Assembly: GCF_035306585.1 (NCBI RefSeq)
Contig: NZ_DATGNU010000051.1
Location: 556-64,555, forward strand
DNA: 64,000 nt
Source of the DNA: Galbibacter sp.
Lineage (GTDB): Bacteria; Bacteroidota; Bacteroidia; Flavobacteriales; Flavobacteriaceae
Reading direction: 5' to 3'
Part shown: one piece after another, positions 9,817 to 20,168 of the stretch
How positions within the stretch are numbered: position 1 is the stretch's first letter
How the letters are laid out: every line of letters starts with the position of its first letter
Notes under the pieces: generated by a model
Told to the model about the DNA's origin: nothing
The model's database searches: none
What the model saw: only the letters and a program-made list of their open reading frames with translations
Position numbers and translations under genes: made by a program

Positions 9817-12513
9817 ATGAAAAAGATACTTAAAATCTCTATTATAATAATCGCAGTGATGGTTGCTTTATTGCTGATCGCCCCATTTTTATTTGAGGGG
9901 AAAATCATCAAAATTGTGAAACACACCGTAAATGAGAACATTAATGCAAAATTTGAATTTGAGGATGCAGATATCAGTTTAGTTCGCAATTTCCCGAATG
10001 TTTCTGTAGGGATAGATCAGTTGAGTGTCATTAACAATGCCCCTTTTCAAGGAGATACCCTAGTGTATGCTGATAAAGCTCGTTTAAGTGTACCCTTTAT
10101 GCAACTGTTCAACAAAGCTGGAGAGCCTTATAGTATCAATAGTTTTGAAATTGATGGCGCGGTGGTAAATATACTAACTGATGCCGATGGGAATGTTAAT
10201 TACAACATAGCCAAAGAGTCAGAAAATAAAAGTCCTTCTACACCACAAGAACAAGAAAGTGCTTCAACTTCCCAAGGCGATCAAGCCATTTCGTTCTCTG
10301 TGGAGCGATATGAGATTACAGATTCTAAGATAACATATTACGATCAACCTGGAAAGATGTATTTTGAACTCGATGAGCTGAATCATTCAGGCCAGGGAGA
10401 TCTATCCACTAGCATATCGGAGCTGGACACTCAAACTTCTACCCTGATATCATTTGAAATGGATAGTGTCAATTACTTGGATAAGAATCCGCTGAAGCTT
10501 GATGCAGTGATCGGTGTGGATTTAGATCAGAATAAATACACCTTTCTAGATAACAAGGCTATTATCAATCAACTCGAATTGGTTTTTGATGGTTTTGTAC
10601 AAGTCAATGAGGATAACCAACAAGTGGATATTAACTTTAAAACACCTTCCACGGATTTTAAAAACTTTTTAGCTGTTATTCCAAAGCAATACTCAAAGGA
10701 TATTTCCAAAGTAGAAACCACTGGTGATTTTAGTGTTATAGGAGAATTAAGCGGTATCATTGACCAAGATCATATTCCGACTTTTGATATTTCGATAGCC
10801 TCGGATAATGCCTCATTTAAGTACCCCGATCTACCACAAACGGTTAAAAATATCAATATAGATGCTAGATTAGCCAATCAGACAGGGATTCTAGAAAATA
10901 CCTTTGTGGCAATTAATACGTTGAATTTTCAAATTGCACAGGATATCTTTAGTGCACAGGCACAAATAAAAAACATCATGGCTAATCCATTAGTGGATGC
11001 AGCCCTAGAGGGGAGAATCAATCTTGCGAATCTTTCCCAAGCGTATCCCTTTGATTTAGAAGTGCCTTTAAAAGGGATTTTGGATGCTAATATAAACACC
11101 ACTTTTGATATGAACTCTATTGAAAAGGGTCACTATCAAAATACCAAAAATAATGGAAGCCTAGCTTTAAAAGGCTTTGAGTACACCTCTGAAGAATTTA
11201 AAAATCCTGTAGCGATTGATAACGCTTCAATGACATTCTCTGCAGGGGATGTAACGCTTAATAGTTTTATGGCTAAGACAGGACAAACTGACCTTTCTGC
11301 TACAGGGACCATTGAGAATTTGTTGGGGTATATGTTTAACAAAGAAACCTTAAAAGGAAACTTTGACTTAAATTCCAACACGTTCGCTATTAACGATTTT
11401 ATGATGGTCTCTAACGATGAAGAAAGTGCATCGGAGTCCAAAACACAAACTAAGAATACTCCAAAAACTGAACAACCTTCAGGACAAAGCGGTGAAGAGG
11501 AGATAAAAATCCCATCTTTTTTAGATGCGACTATTAATGCCAAGGCCAACAAAGTTATCTATGATAACTTGACTTTAAATGATGTCTCTGGGACCTTGGT
11601 GGTACGGGATGAGGCGGTATCATTAAAGAACGTGACCTCTAGTATATTTGGTGGTTCCCTAGCCTTAAATGGGGCTGTTTCGACCAAAGAATCAGTACCT
11701 GAATTTAATTTAGATCTTGGGATGAATAACTTTAGCATTGCGCAATCATTCCAAGGCTTGGAAATTTTACAGGCTATTGTGCCCATTGCTGATGCGCTGA
11801 CTGGAACTTTAAATTCTTCCTTCGATATAAAAGGAACTTTAAATTCGGATTTTACGCCTAACCTATTGTCGATCTCAGGTAATGCCTTAGCCGAGGCAAT
11901 AATTAATGGAGTTGATCCTGAGAAAGGAAAACTTCTAAGCGTATTAAGTCAAAAGATTGATTTTTTAAACGCCACGCAGGAGCAACCCAGAGATGTGAAG
12001 GCGGCACTTTCATTTGATAATGGAAAAGTCAATGTAAAACCGTTCTCCTTCAAGGTGCAAGATATCGATGTAAATGTTGTTGGATCTCATGGATTTGATA
12101 AATCCATGGCCTATAATATTAGCTTTGATGTTCCTGCAAAATATCTCGGAGAGGATGTTTCTAAACTTTTAGCGCAATTAAATGATCCAGAGGCAGAAAA
12201 TTTGGGGGTGCCAGTCACCGCAACCATAGGCGGCTCGTATAATAATCCTACAATCTCTACAGACCTTGGGTCGATGGTCAGTGAGTTTAGTAAAAAACTT
12301 GTCGAACAGCAAAAGCAAAAGCTTCTCAGTAAAGGAAGTGATAAAATTAAAGAAGCCTTGGGGGGTATTTTAGGAGGTGATAAAGCAACCGACAGTATCA
12401 CAACTGCCACAAGCGACTCTGTACAACCTTCAAAAAACGACCAGATTAAAAACACAGCTGGAAAGCTCCTTCAGGGTCTTTTAGGCAAAAAAGAGAAGGA
12501 TACGGCGAACTAA
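9817..12513 (+). CDS. AsmA-like protein
   Basis: N-terminal TM anchor, long beta-rich repeats and amphipathic C-terminus typical of Bacteroidota AsmA-like proteins. Confidence 0.8.
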   Translation: MKKILKISIIIIAVMVALLLIAPFLFEGKIIKIVKHTVNENINAKFEFEDADISLVRNFPNVSVGIDQLSVINNAPFQGDTLVYADKARLSVPFMQLFNKAGEPYSINSFEIDGAVVNILTDADGNVNYNIAKESENKSPSTPQEQESASTSQGDQAISFSVERYEITDSKITYYDQPGKMYFELDELNHSGQGDLSTSISELDTQTSTLISFEMDSVNYLDKNPLKLDAVIGVDLDQNKYTFLDNKAIINQLELVFDGFVQVNEDNQQVDINFKTPSTDFKNFLAVIPKQYSKDISKVETTGDFSVIGELSGIIDQDHIPTFDISIASDNASFKYPDLPQTVKNINIDARLANQTGILENTFVAINTLNFQIAQDIFSAQAQIKNIMANPLVDAALEGRINLANLSQAYPFDLEVPLKGILDANINTTFDMNSIEKGHYQNTKNNGSLALKGFEYTSEEFKNPVAIDNASMTFSAGDVTLNSFMAKTGQTDLSATGTIENLLGYMFNKETLKGNFDLNSNTFAINDFMMVSNDEESASESKTQTKNTPKTEQPSGQSGEEEIKIPSFLDATINAKANKVIYDNLTLNDVSGTLVVRDEAVSLKNVTSSIFGGSLALNGAVSTKESVPEFNLDLGMNNFSIAQSFQGLEILQAIVPIADALTGTLNSSFDIKGTLNSDFTPNLLSISGNALAEAIINGVDPEKGKLLSVLSQKIDFLNATQEQPRDVKAALSFDNGKVNVKPFSFKVQDIDVNVVGSHGFDKSMAYNISFDVPAKYLGEDVSKLLAQLNDPEAENLGVPVTATIGGSYNNPTISTDLGSMVSEFSKKLVEQQKQKLLSKGSDKIKEALGGILGGDKATDSITTATSDSVQPSKNDQIKNTAGKLLQGLLGKKEKDTAN

Positions 12514-12617
12514 GAAAATAATAAAGTGTTGAACATCTACAATTTAAAGGTGTTGGGATGCTTGAGGGCGTTGGTGGTCTAAATAATTTAATTATTTGGA
12601 TATTAATAAGAATATTT

Positions 12618-12649
12618 AAAGGACAGTAGATTTTAATACTGTCCTTTTT
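12618..12649 (+). terminator. Intrinsic terminator after the AsmA-like gene
   Basis: AAAGGACAGTA-N8-TACTGTCCTTT inverted repeat with T tail. Confidence 0.7.
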
Positions 12650-12679
12650 AACATTCAAACAAACCAACCAATACCACCC

Positions 12680-13750
12680 ATGCCAAAGTCTTTTTTTGTT
12701 CTAATGCTATTGCTTATGTGTTTGTCCCTTCAGGTAAGGGCGCAAACCAACCCTCCAAAAACTTACACAGCCTATAAGGTGAATCGTCCAGTGGAAATTG
12801 ATGGCTTAGCAAAGGAAAAATCGTGGAGTGATGCTCCATGGTCAAGTGATTTTGTAGCTATTAAAGGTAAAAAGAAGCCTCTTTATAATACGCGGTTTAA
12901 AATGCTTTGGGATGCGCAGTATCTCTATGTTTATGCAAATATAGAGGAACCTCACATTTGGGGTACCTTAAAAAAGCGCGATACCATCATTTTTTACAAT
13001 AATGATTTTGAAATGTTTATCGATCCCGATGGAGATACTCATAATTATATAGAACTTGAAATTAATGCCCTAAATACCGTATGGGATCTGTTTTTAACCA
13101 AACCTTATCGAGAGGGGGGAAAGATTTTGGACAACTGGGATATAAAAGGTCTTATTTCCGCGGTAAGCTATAAGGGCACTTTAAATGATCCATCGGATGT
13201 TGATACCTCTTGGAGTTTAGAGATGGCCATTCCTTGGGAATCACTAACAGAAGCAGGAGATTCGATCCCAGCAAATAACTTTTGGCGGATCAATTTCTCT
13301 AGGGTACAATGGCAATTTGATTTAGAGCAAAAAAGATACCAGCGAAAGAGAGACTCCGCGGGCAATTACCTAGATGAATGCAATTGGGTCTGGTCGCCTC
13401 AAGGCGTGGTTAATATGCACGAACCCGAGCATTGGGGTTATGTGTATTTTTCAACAATTCTGGTATCTAAACACAAACACCATGATTTTGAAATCCCTAT
13501 GGATGAAAACATAAAATGGAAAATGTACCAGCTTTATAGAACTCAAAAATCCTATTACCACGTGCACCAGCGATGGGCAGCTAGTATATCGGATTTAACC
13601 TTTGAATCCTTAACGGTAGATGGGGTGCTTTTAAAACCACAATTACAGCTACACGATACAGGATATAACATTACTATTCAGAGTCCTTTTACTTCTAATA
13701 TATTAACCCTTCGAGAAGATGGATATTTTACAACTAAAACAATTCATTAA
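12680..13750 (+). CDS. Secreted carbohydrate-binding family 9-like (CBM9/DOMON-like) protein
   Basis: Signal peptide; IDG..E..W, TRFKMLWD, DFEMFIDPDGD, WRINFSRVQW, NWVWSPQG, MHEPEHWG. Confidence 0.8.
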   Translation: MPKSFFVLMLLLMCLSLQVRAQTNPPKTYTAYKVNRPVEIDGLAKEKSWSDAPWSSDFVAIKGKKKPLYNTRFKMLWDAQYLYVYANIEEPHIWGTLKKRDTIIFYNNDFEMFIDPDGDTHNYIELEINALNTVWDLFLTKPYREGGKILDNWDIKGLISAVSYKGTLNDPSDVDTSWSLEMAIPWESLTEAGDSIPANNFWRINFSRVQWQFDLEQKRYQRKRDSAGNYLDECNWVWSPQGVVNMHEPEHWGYVYFSTILVSKHKHHDFEIPMDENIKWKMYQLYRTQKSYYHVHQRWAASISDLTFESLTVDGVLLKPQLQLHDTGYNITIQSPFTSNILTLREDGYFTTKTIH

Positions 13751-13763
13751 AATTCACCAAATT

Positions 13764-14876
13764 ATGAAAACAAGCCGCCTATTGTATTTACTAATCGCCT
13801 TGGTGCTACTTGGATGCCAAGACAAGCAATCTAAACCCTCTCAAGAGATGCCTGCTCAAGAGGAAGGTCTCACCGATCTGATAGCATTTAAATATTGGAC
13901 TTGGATCACTGCAGATGAGAAACGAAGTGACTCCTCTTATGTGGCAGAATTTTTAAATTATAAAAATCATGGCATTGATGCGGTACTTATTAATACTCAT
14001 ACAGATCCACAGATATTAGAAAGGCTTACCCCGCTTGCAAAGGCACAAGGACTGGAAGTGCATGCATGGATTATGGCGATGAATCGTCCAGGAGATTCAG
14101 TAGCCTTGCAGCATCCAGAGTGGTATGCGGTAAGTAGGGATGGAAACTCTTGCTTTAACAAAAGGCCTTATGTGGAGTACTACCAATGGCTCTGTCCGAC
14201 TAGAAAACCAGCCAGGGAGCATGTATTGAATCTAGTGGAACAATTGGCCAAGGTAGAGGGGATTGAAACAGTCCATTTGGATTACATACGGTACTCTGAC
14301 ATTTTCCTCCCCGTTGGACTATTGCCCAAATATGACTTAACGCAAGACTCGGAACTTCCCGAATTTGATTTTTGCTATTGTGATGTGTGCGTCGAGGAGT
14401 TTGAGAAAATTCACCATAAAAACCCACGTAATTTTACCAATCCTGCCATTGATATGGAATGGAAGCAATTTCGATTGAACAAAATTAAAGCAGTGGTAGA
14501 GGATGCCTATGATATAGTGCATAAACATGGAAAGAAATTGAGTGCTGCGGTATTTCCATATCCCGAGATGGCCGATCATATGGTTCGTCAGCGATGGGAT
14601 AAATGGAATATCGATATGGTACTTCCGATGATCTATCACAATTTCTATAATGAAGAAATTGATTGGATTGGATATGCCACAAAACAAGGGGTAGCTGATC
14701 TTAAAGGAAAACCAACAGAATTACATACAGGAATTTTCGTACCTCCAATGAGCGCTCAAGAGATAGAACAAGCTATAAAGCTCGCCAAAGAAAATGGAGC
14801 CAACGGGATTTCTTTTTTCGATGGGAGTGCTTTAACGCAGCAACAGCTTTCTGCTATAAAAACATCCCGTAATTAA
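13764..14876 (+). CDS. Lipoprotein, glycosyl hydrolase-like 10 (GHL10-type TIM barrel)
   Basis: Lipobox LLGC; GLEVHAW, HPEWY, WLCP, VHLDYIRY, LSAAVFP, VRQRW, PMIYH; ATG at 13764 preferred. Confidence 0.75.
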   Translation: MKTSRLLYLLIALVLLGCQDKQSKPSQEMPAQEEGLTDLIAFKYWTWITADEKRSDSSYVAEFLNYKNHGIDAVLINTHTDPQILERLTPLAKAQGLEVHAWIMAMNRPGDSVALQHPEWYAVSRDGNSCFNKRPYVEYYQWLCPTRKPAREHVLNLVEQLAKVEGIETVHLDYIRYSDIFLPVGLLPKYDLTQDSELPEFDFCYCDVCVEEFEKIHHKNPRNFTNPAIDMEWKQFRLNKIKAVVEDAYDIVHKHGKKLSAAVFPYPEMADHMVRQRWDKWNIDMVLPMIYHNFYNEEIDWIGYATKQGVADLKGKPTELHTGIFVPPMSAQEIEQAIKLAKENGANGISFFDGSALTQQQLSAIKTSRN

Positions 14877-15201
14877 AACATTTCACATCTAGCAGATTTA
14901 AATCTCAATGATACTTTCCAGTGATGCCTGAAATAAAAGTGAAATTAACCTTAAATAATTTTAAATCAGCCTAAAAAGTAACCTCTGATAATCCCTTATT
15001 TTATCTTTACTAAAACCTTTTATGAGAAATTGAAATGGCTTTGTGTGGCATTTGTTGTCGTTTGTTTTCAAAGCACTGCAGTTGGTCGAAATAATTTAGA
15101 AATTGTTAAGTATTTTTTAACATTTATATAGATTATATTATCCTTATTTTTATAAGGCTAGCAACAATTAAATATAAAAACTAACTAAAAACTTCAATTT
15201 T

Positions 15202-18200
15202 ATGCGTAAGAGACTTTTATTTTTTACGATGTTTTCTTGGCTGTTATTCAGTATTCAGCTCAATGCTCAACAACGAAGCATTTCTGGTACAGTTACAAGT
15301 CAAGAGGATGGTCTTCCCCTACCTGGTGCTACAGTAGCAATTAAAGGAACAAATATGGGGACTTCGACGGATTTTGATGGTAACTTTACCCTAGACCAGG
15401 TGTCAGAACAGGCTGTTTTAGTGATTTCTATGATAGGGTTTAGCACGCAGGAAGTTTCTGTAGCGGGTAGAAATTCCTTTACAATTTCCCTTAGCGCAGA
15501 TACCCAACAACTTGAAGAGGTGGTGGTCACCTCCTTAGGTCTTACAAGAAAACGTAAATCATTAGGATATTCCGTTACGGAGGTTGATGGAGAAAGTGTA
15601 TCCTTAGTGAAGGAATCCAACGTTGCCAGTTCACTTGCTGGTAAGGTTGCTGGAGTGGTGGTCTCTAAATCTACCTCTGGTGTTGGAGGTGGAACAAGGG
15701 TTGTCATTCGAGGGAACAATTCCATTACTGGAAACAACCAACCGCTTTATGTGGTTGATGGAGTTCCTATAGACAACACCGCACTACAGTCCTCTAATGG
15801 TTCAGAGTATTCCATCCCAGATATGGGAAATGGAATTTCTGATATTAACCCAGATGATATCGCAAGTATGTCGATCTTAAAAGGTCCGAATGCGGCTGCT
15901 TTATATGGATCCAGAGCCAGTAATGGGGTGATTATTATCACTACCAAAAGTGGGCGACCTACCAAGGGCTTGGGAATTTCTTATACCTCGAGTGTTACCT
16001 TCGAATCGCCTTTGGTATTGCCAAAATACCAAAATGAATATGGTAGGGGAACCGATGGTAATTTTCCACAAATTGATCAATCGGCAGATTTAAATACACG
16101 CGTTAGCACTGTAAAGAGTCACAGTTCGTGGGGACCGCGTTTTGATGGATCTATGCGGCTGGCGTATAACGGACAGATGCGACCTTATCAGGCGCAACCT
16201 AACAACGTGAAAGACTTTTTTGAAACAGGGTCAAGTTATGTGAATAATATCTCTTTAACGGCAGGATCTGATAAAGCGACGGTGTTTTTCTCCTACACGA
16301 ATTCGGATTTAGAATCCATTTTACCGAACTCCTCGGTAAGTCGTAATAATTTTAACTTACGAGGGACCGCAAATCTTTCTGACAAACTATCGCTGGATGC
16401 GAAAGTGACCTATTTTAAGCAAGAAGCCAATAACAGACCAGCACAAGGTACCGAAGGGGTTGTTGCTTATATTTGGCCACTGGTTAGAAATGTCAATATC
16501 AACGACCTAAAGACCTATCAAAACCTAAGCAATCCGTTAGATCCAACGCAACCTTATGCAGTGGTTGCCCCGACATCCAACGGAGGAAATCCTTATTGGA
16601 TGTTACACAACGATCACAATGCGGATTTTAGGACACGGATTACGGGATTTGCGAAACTAAACTATCAAATCAACGATTGGCTTTCTGCATTTGCACGAGT
16701 AGGGACCGATGCGGTTTCGGTAGAAGCAGAAGGCTATGAGGCTACTGGACATCACTTTTTTTACGATGGAAGAATTCGCTTTAGTCAAAATGACAATACA
16801 GAGACGAATTATGATTTCTTATTAATGTTCAACAAGGAAATCGGTTCTAAGTTTAATATTAGTGCTAATGCTGGTGGTAACATGAGACACTCCACTTATA
16901 AATCAAATGGAACCAACGGCTACGATTTTAAAATTCCTGGACGCTATTTCTTAGATAATACCGATGGGACTCAGTTAACTGCTTTTCAAACTGATAAAAT
17001 TGAAAAACGCGTCAATTCCTTATATGGATCTGCTTCATTTTCATACAATGATATGGTATATTTGGATGTGACTGCTAGAAACGACTGGTCTTCTACATTA
17101 CCAGTGGAAAATCAATCATATTTTTATTCTTCCGCCAGTGTGAGTGTATTGCTCAATGAGATATTTAATCTAGACAATGCGAACATCGACCTGCTAAAAT
17201 TGAAGGCAAGTACGGCAAGTGTAGGTAATGACACGGATTCTCAGCAGATCGTTAATGTTTTTAAAGTAGCAGCAAATGGCTACCTTGGAAATACGCAGAT
17301 CACCCGTCAAAATATTAAGTTTAGTGAAAGTCTTAAACCTGAAGATGTAAGCTCTCATGAGGTTGGTCTAGAATTACAGGCATTTAAGAATCGATTTTAT
17401 GCTGACTTTGCGTATTACCAAATCAGCAGTAAGGATTTAATTTTTGATGTCCCAGTAGATCCAGGAACAGGTTATGGGTTCTTTAGAGAGAATGTCGGAG
17501 AGATTACCAACAAAGGGTTTGAAATATTAGTAGGCGGAACCCCAGTTGACAATGCCAATTTCACATGGAGTACTTCAGTGAACTTGTCGAAAAATGAAAA
17601 TGAATTGGTAAGTCTTATCGATGGACAGGACAATTTCACATTTAGTTCTAGTAATAGCGGAATTGTTGATGTACGAGCCGAAGTCGGAGGTGGTTATGGT
17701 GATATTTACACCACAGACTGGCTTCGAAACGACGCTGGTGAACTTATTTTGACTGCGGAAGGTCGACCTCAAGCAACCGCAGAGCGTATTAAGATGGGTA
17801 ACTATCAACCTGATTACACTGGAGGATTCACCAATACATTCCGATATAAGGATTTTACCTTAAATGCGCTAGTGGATTTCAGGATAGGAGGAGAGGTATT
17901 CTCAGCAACTGATGCAGGCCTAGACGCTAGTGGTGTTTCCAAGCGCTCCTTACAATACAGAGAAGATGGCGTGGTTGTGCCTGGGGTAATTGATGATGGA
18001 GCGGGTAATTTCTCGCCGAATTCAATTCGAATTTCTGCTCAGGATTATTGGGGATCAGTCAGTGGAGTTGGTTCCGAGTATGTCTTTTCACAAACCAATG
18101 TACGTTTGAGAGAATTGAGTTTAACCTATAACTTACCAGCAAAATTCTTAGATAGGAGCTTCTTTACGGATCTCTCCCTAAGCGTGGTAGGTCGTAACCT

Positions 18201-18336
18201 ATTCTTCTTCTACAAGGAGGCTGACAACTTTGATCCTGAATCTTCTTACTCTACCACCAACCTAGGGCAAGGAGTATTGTATTACGCACTTCCTACTACA
18301 AAAAGTATAGGACTTAGTTTAAATGTAAAATTTTAA
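15202..18336 (+). CDS. SusC/RagA family TonB-dependent outer membrane transporter
   Basis: LPGATV..KGT..GT.TDFDG, QPLYVVDGVP, DINPDDIASMSILKGPNAAALYGSRASNGVIIITTK, C-terminal Phe. Confidence 0.97.
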   Translation: MRKRLLFFTMFSWLLFSIQLNAQQRSISGTVTSQEDGLPLPGATVAIKGTNMGTSTDFDGNFTLDQVSEQAVLVISMIGFSTQEVSVAGRNSFTISLSADTQQLEEVVVTSLGLTRKRKSLGYSVTEVDGESVSLVKESNVASSLAGKVAGVVVSKSTSGVGGGTRVVIRGNNSITGNNQPLYVVDGVPIDNTALQSSNGSEYSIPDMGNGISDINPDDIASMSILKGPNAAALYGSRASNGVIIITTKSGRPTKGLGISYTSSVTFESPLVLPKYQNEYGRGTDGNFPQIDQSADLNTRVSTVKSHSSWGPRFDGSMRLAYNGQMRPYQAQPNNVKDFFETGSSYVNNISLTAGSDKATVFFSYTNSDLESILPNSSVSRNNFNLRGTANLSDKLSLDAKVTYFKQEANNRPAQGTEGVVAYIWPLVRNVNINDLKTYQNLSNPLDPTQPYAVVAPTSNGGNPYWMLHNDHNADFRTRITGFAKLNYQINDWLSAFARVGTDAVSVEAEGYEATGHHFFYDGRIRFSQNDNTETNYDFLLMFNKEIGSKFNISANAGGNMRHSTYKSNGTNGYDFKIPGRYFLDNTDGTQLTAFQTDKIEKRVNSLYGSASFSYNDMVYLDVTARNDWSSTLPVENQSYFYSSASVSVLLNEIFNLDNANIDLLKLKASTASVGNDTDSQQIVNVFKVAANGYLGNTQITRQNIKFSESLKPEDVSSHEVGLELQAFKNRFYADFAYYQISSKDLIFDVPVDPGTGYGFFRENVGEITNKGFEILVGGTPVDNANFTWSTSVNLSKNENELVSLIDGQDNFTFSSSNSGIVDVRAEVGGGYGDIYTTDWLRNDAGELILTAEGRPQATAERIKMGNYQPDYTGGFTNTFRYKDFTLNALVDFRIGGEVFSATDAGLDASGVSKRSLQYREDGVVVPGVIDDGAGNFSPNSIRISAQDYWGSVSGVGSEYVFSQTNVRLRELSLTYNLPAKFLDRSFFTDLSLSVVGRNLFFFYKEADNFDPESSYSTTNLGQGVLYYALPTTKSIGLSLNVKF

Positions 18337-18346
18337 AGTTGTACCG

Positions 18347-20038
18347 ATGAAAAAAATATCATATATAACAGTCCTTTTAAGCCTCCTTATTGCAGTGGGT
18401 TGTACAAAGGATTTTGAAGAAATTAACAGAGACCCTCAGGGATTTAGTTCAGATGAGGTGAGTGCTAAGTACTTTTTAACCAGTTCCCAGGTAGGTTTAT
18501 ATGCCCCAGGTAGGTTTGAGTATTGGAGAGCACATTTAATCCATGCGGACCGTTTTGCGGGGCATTTTAATTTTGGTTTTAATCAATGCTGGTGGGCCGA
18601 TGAATTAAGCTATAGTTACGATGTAAGTTATACAGATGCGGCCTATGGTTGGCTGGCTGGTTATTTTGGAAATATTAAATCCTTCGCAGACTTTACCAAA
18701 GAAGGTGGAGAATTTGAAAACCAGTACATGTATGCCATGTCTTTGATAATGAAAAGTTTATATTTCCAGATGTACACCGATACCTTCGGAATGGTTCCTT
18801 TTTCTGAAGCTGGGGTGGAAGGTATCTTAACGCCAAAATACGACGCACAGATCGATATCTATAAAGGGATTATTGCGGATTTGGATCAGGCAATGGCTAT
18901 TATTGGTGATGCGGAACGTACTGGTTTAGGAATTGATGATGTGGGTGAAAATGATGTGTATTGTGGTGGTGATCTTCAACTTTGGAAAACCATGGCTAAT
19001 AGCTTAAAACTTCGTTTAGGGATGAGAGCTTTAGGTGCTCCTGGGGCTGATTTTGCCGAGGCAACCATCACAGAGGCATTAAGCAAGCCTCTTTTAGATG
19101 AGGTAACTGGAAGTGTGACCATGAGTAAGGATTTTGTAATCAGTGAGTGGACCTCTTCATCCTACGGGGATGTTTGGCATGATTTCGGCGGATTAGGATC
19201 TAAGTGGACTGTAAGTGAGGAGCTTATAAACATGTTAGACGATCATAATGATCCGCGTCTTGCCATCTACGCCAATCCAGCACCTGGAGGATCTTTTGTG
19301 TTTACCAATATAAAGGAAGGGGGATCGTATACTGATCCAAATTACCAAGAACGCGTTGATTTTATCGAATCTACTTTAATTAAAGCACAAGCAGATTATA
19401 CTTTAACTCAAGATGGAGATGATATTATAATTGATGTTCCCGCAGGACAGTATATCGGTCAACCTATTCGTTTTAATGCTGATATTATGCCCTATGTTCG
19501 TTATGAGATGTTCAGTACCCCTGGTGATGCCATCATACAGCCACGTGGGGAGAAGGCTACTGGATATCCTGAAATTATCCTAAGTAGTGCAGAGTCTTAT
19601 TTTTTACAAGCTGAAGCAGTTGTACGTGGTCTTACATCAGGAGACGCACAAGATCTTATGGAAAAAGGAATTATAGAGGCTATGAAACTATGGGATATCT
19701 CAGAAGGGGATGCGAATAACTACATTTCAACCAGTGCCCTGGCAGATATTTCCGTGGGTACAATGGAGGAAAAATTAGAAAAAATCGCCTTACAACGCTG
19801 GCTGGCAAGCTACACTGATGGTTTTGAAGCCTGGGCTATCGTACGGGATACTGGATATCCTTCTGGTTTGGCTGCAGGGGTTTCAAATCCTGTAATCTTT
19901 GGACTTGGTACTCTTAATGGGGATTACCCACAACGACTTCGTTATGGATCCGGGGCCCAAGCGAATCCGAATTACGCCCAGGCCGTAGGTCAACAGGGTC
20001 CAGATACACAAGGTACCAAATTGTGGTGGGCAAAATAA
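18347..20038 (+). CDS. SusD/RagB family lipoprotein
   Basis: Lipobox AVGC-TKDFEEIN, DTFGMVPFSEA, PKYD.Q..IY, DPRL, I..QRW, EAW..VR.TGYP, P.RL.Y, TKLWW; directly follows susC. Confidence 0.95.
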   Translation: MKKISYITVLLSLLIAVGCTKDFEEINRDPQGFSSDEVSAKYFLTSSQVGLYAPGRFEYWRAHLIHADRFAGHFNFGFNQCWWADELSYSYDVSYTDAAYGWLAGYFGNIKSFADFTKEGGEFENQYMYAMSLIMKSLYFQMYTDTFGMVPFSEAGVEGILTPKYDAQIDIYKGIIADLDQAMAIIGDAERTGLGIDDVGENDVYCGGDLQLWKTMANSLKLRLGMRALGAPGADFAEATITEALSKPLLDEVTGSVTMSKDFVISEWTSSSYGDVWHDFGGLGSKWTVSEELINMLDDHNDPRLAIYANPAPGGSFVFTNIKEGGSYTDPNYQERVDFIESTLIKAQADYTLTQDGDDIIIDVPAGQYIGQPIRFNADIMPYVRYEMFSTPGDAIIQPRGEKATGYPEIILSSAESYFLQAEAVVRGLTSGDAQDLMEKGIIEAMKLWDISEGDANNYISTSALADISVGTMEEKLEKIALQRWLASYTDGFEAWAIVRDTGYPSGLAAGVSNPVIFGLGTLNGDYPQRLRYGSGAQANPNYAQAVGQQGPDTQGTKLWWAK

Positions 20039-20063
20039 AGCGAAAGTTTGAGTTTAGATTGTT

Positions 20064-20094
20064 AAAGGGGTCGTTCTAAGGAACGGCCCTTTTT
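20064..20094 (+). terminator. Intrinsic terminator after susD
   Basis: GGGTCGTTC-TAAG-GAACGGCCC stem followed by TTTTT. Confidence 0.85.
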
Positions 20095-20103
20095 GTTGAT
20101 TAC

Positions 20104-20147
20104 CTGATAATTGTCATTTTTTGCTCCACTGGAATTTGCTAATTTTA
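20104..20147 (+). promoter_or_regulatory. Putative Crp/Fnr-type box and -7 element of the hemN promoter
   Basis: TGA-TAATTG-TCA at 20105-20116; TAATTTTA at 20140-20147. Confidence 0.6.
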
Positions 20148-20168
20148 TAGGATTAAAATGCTAGGAAA

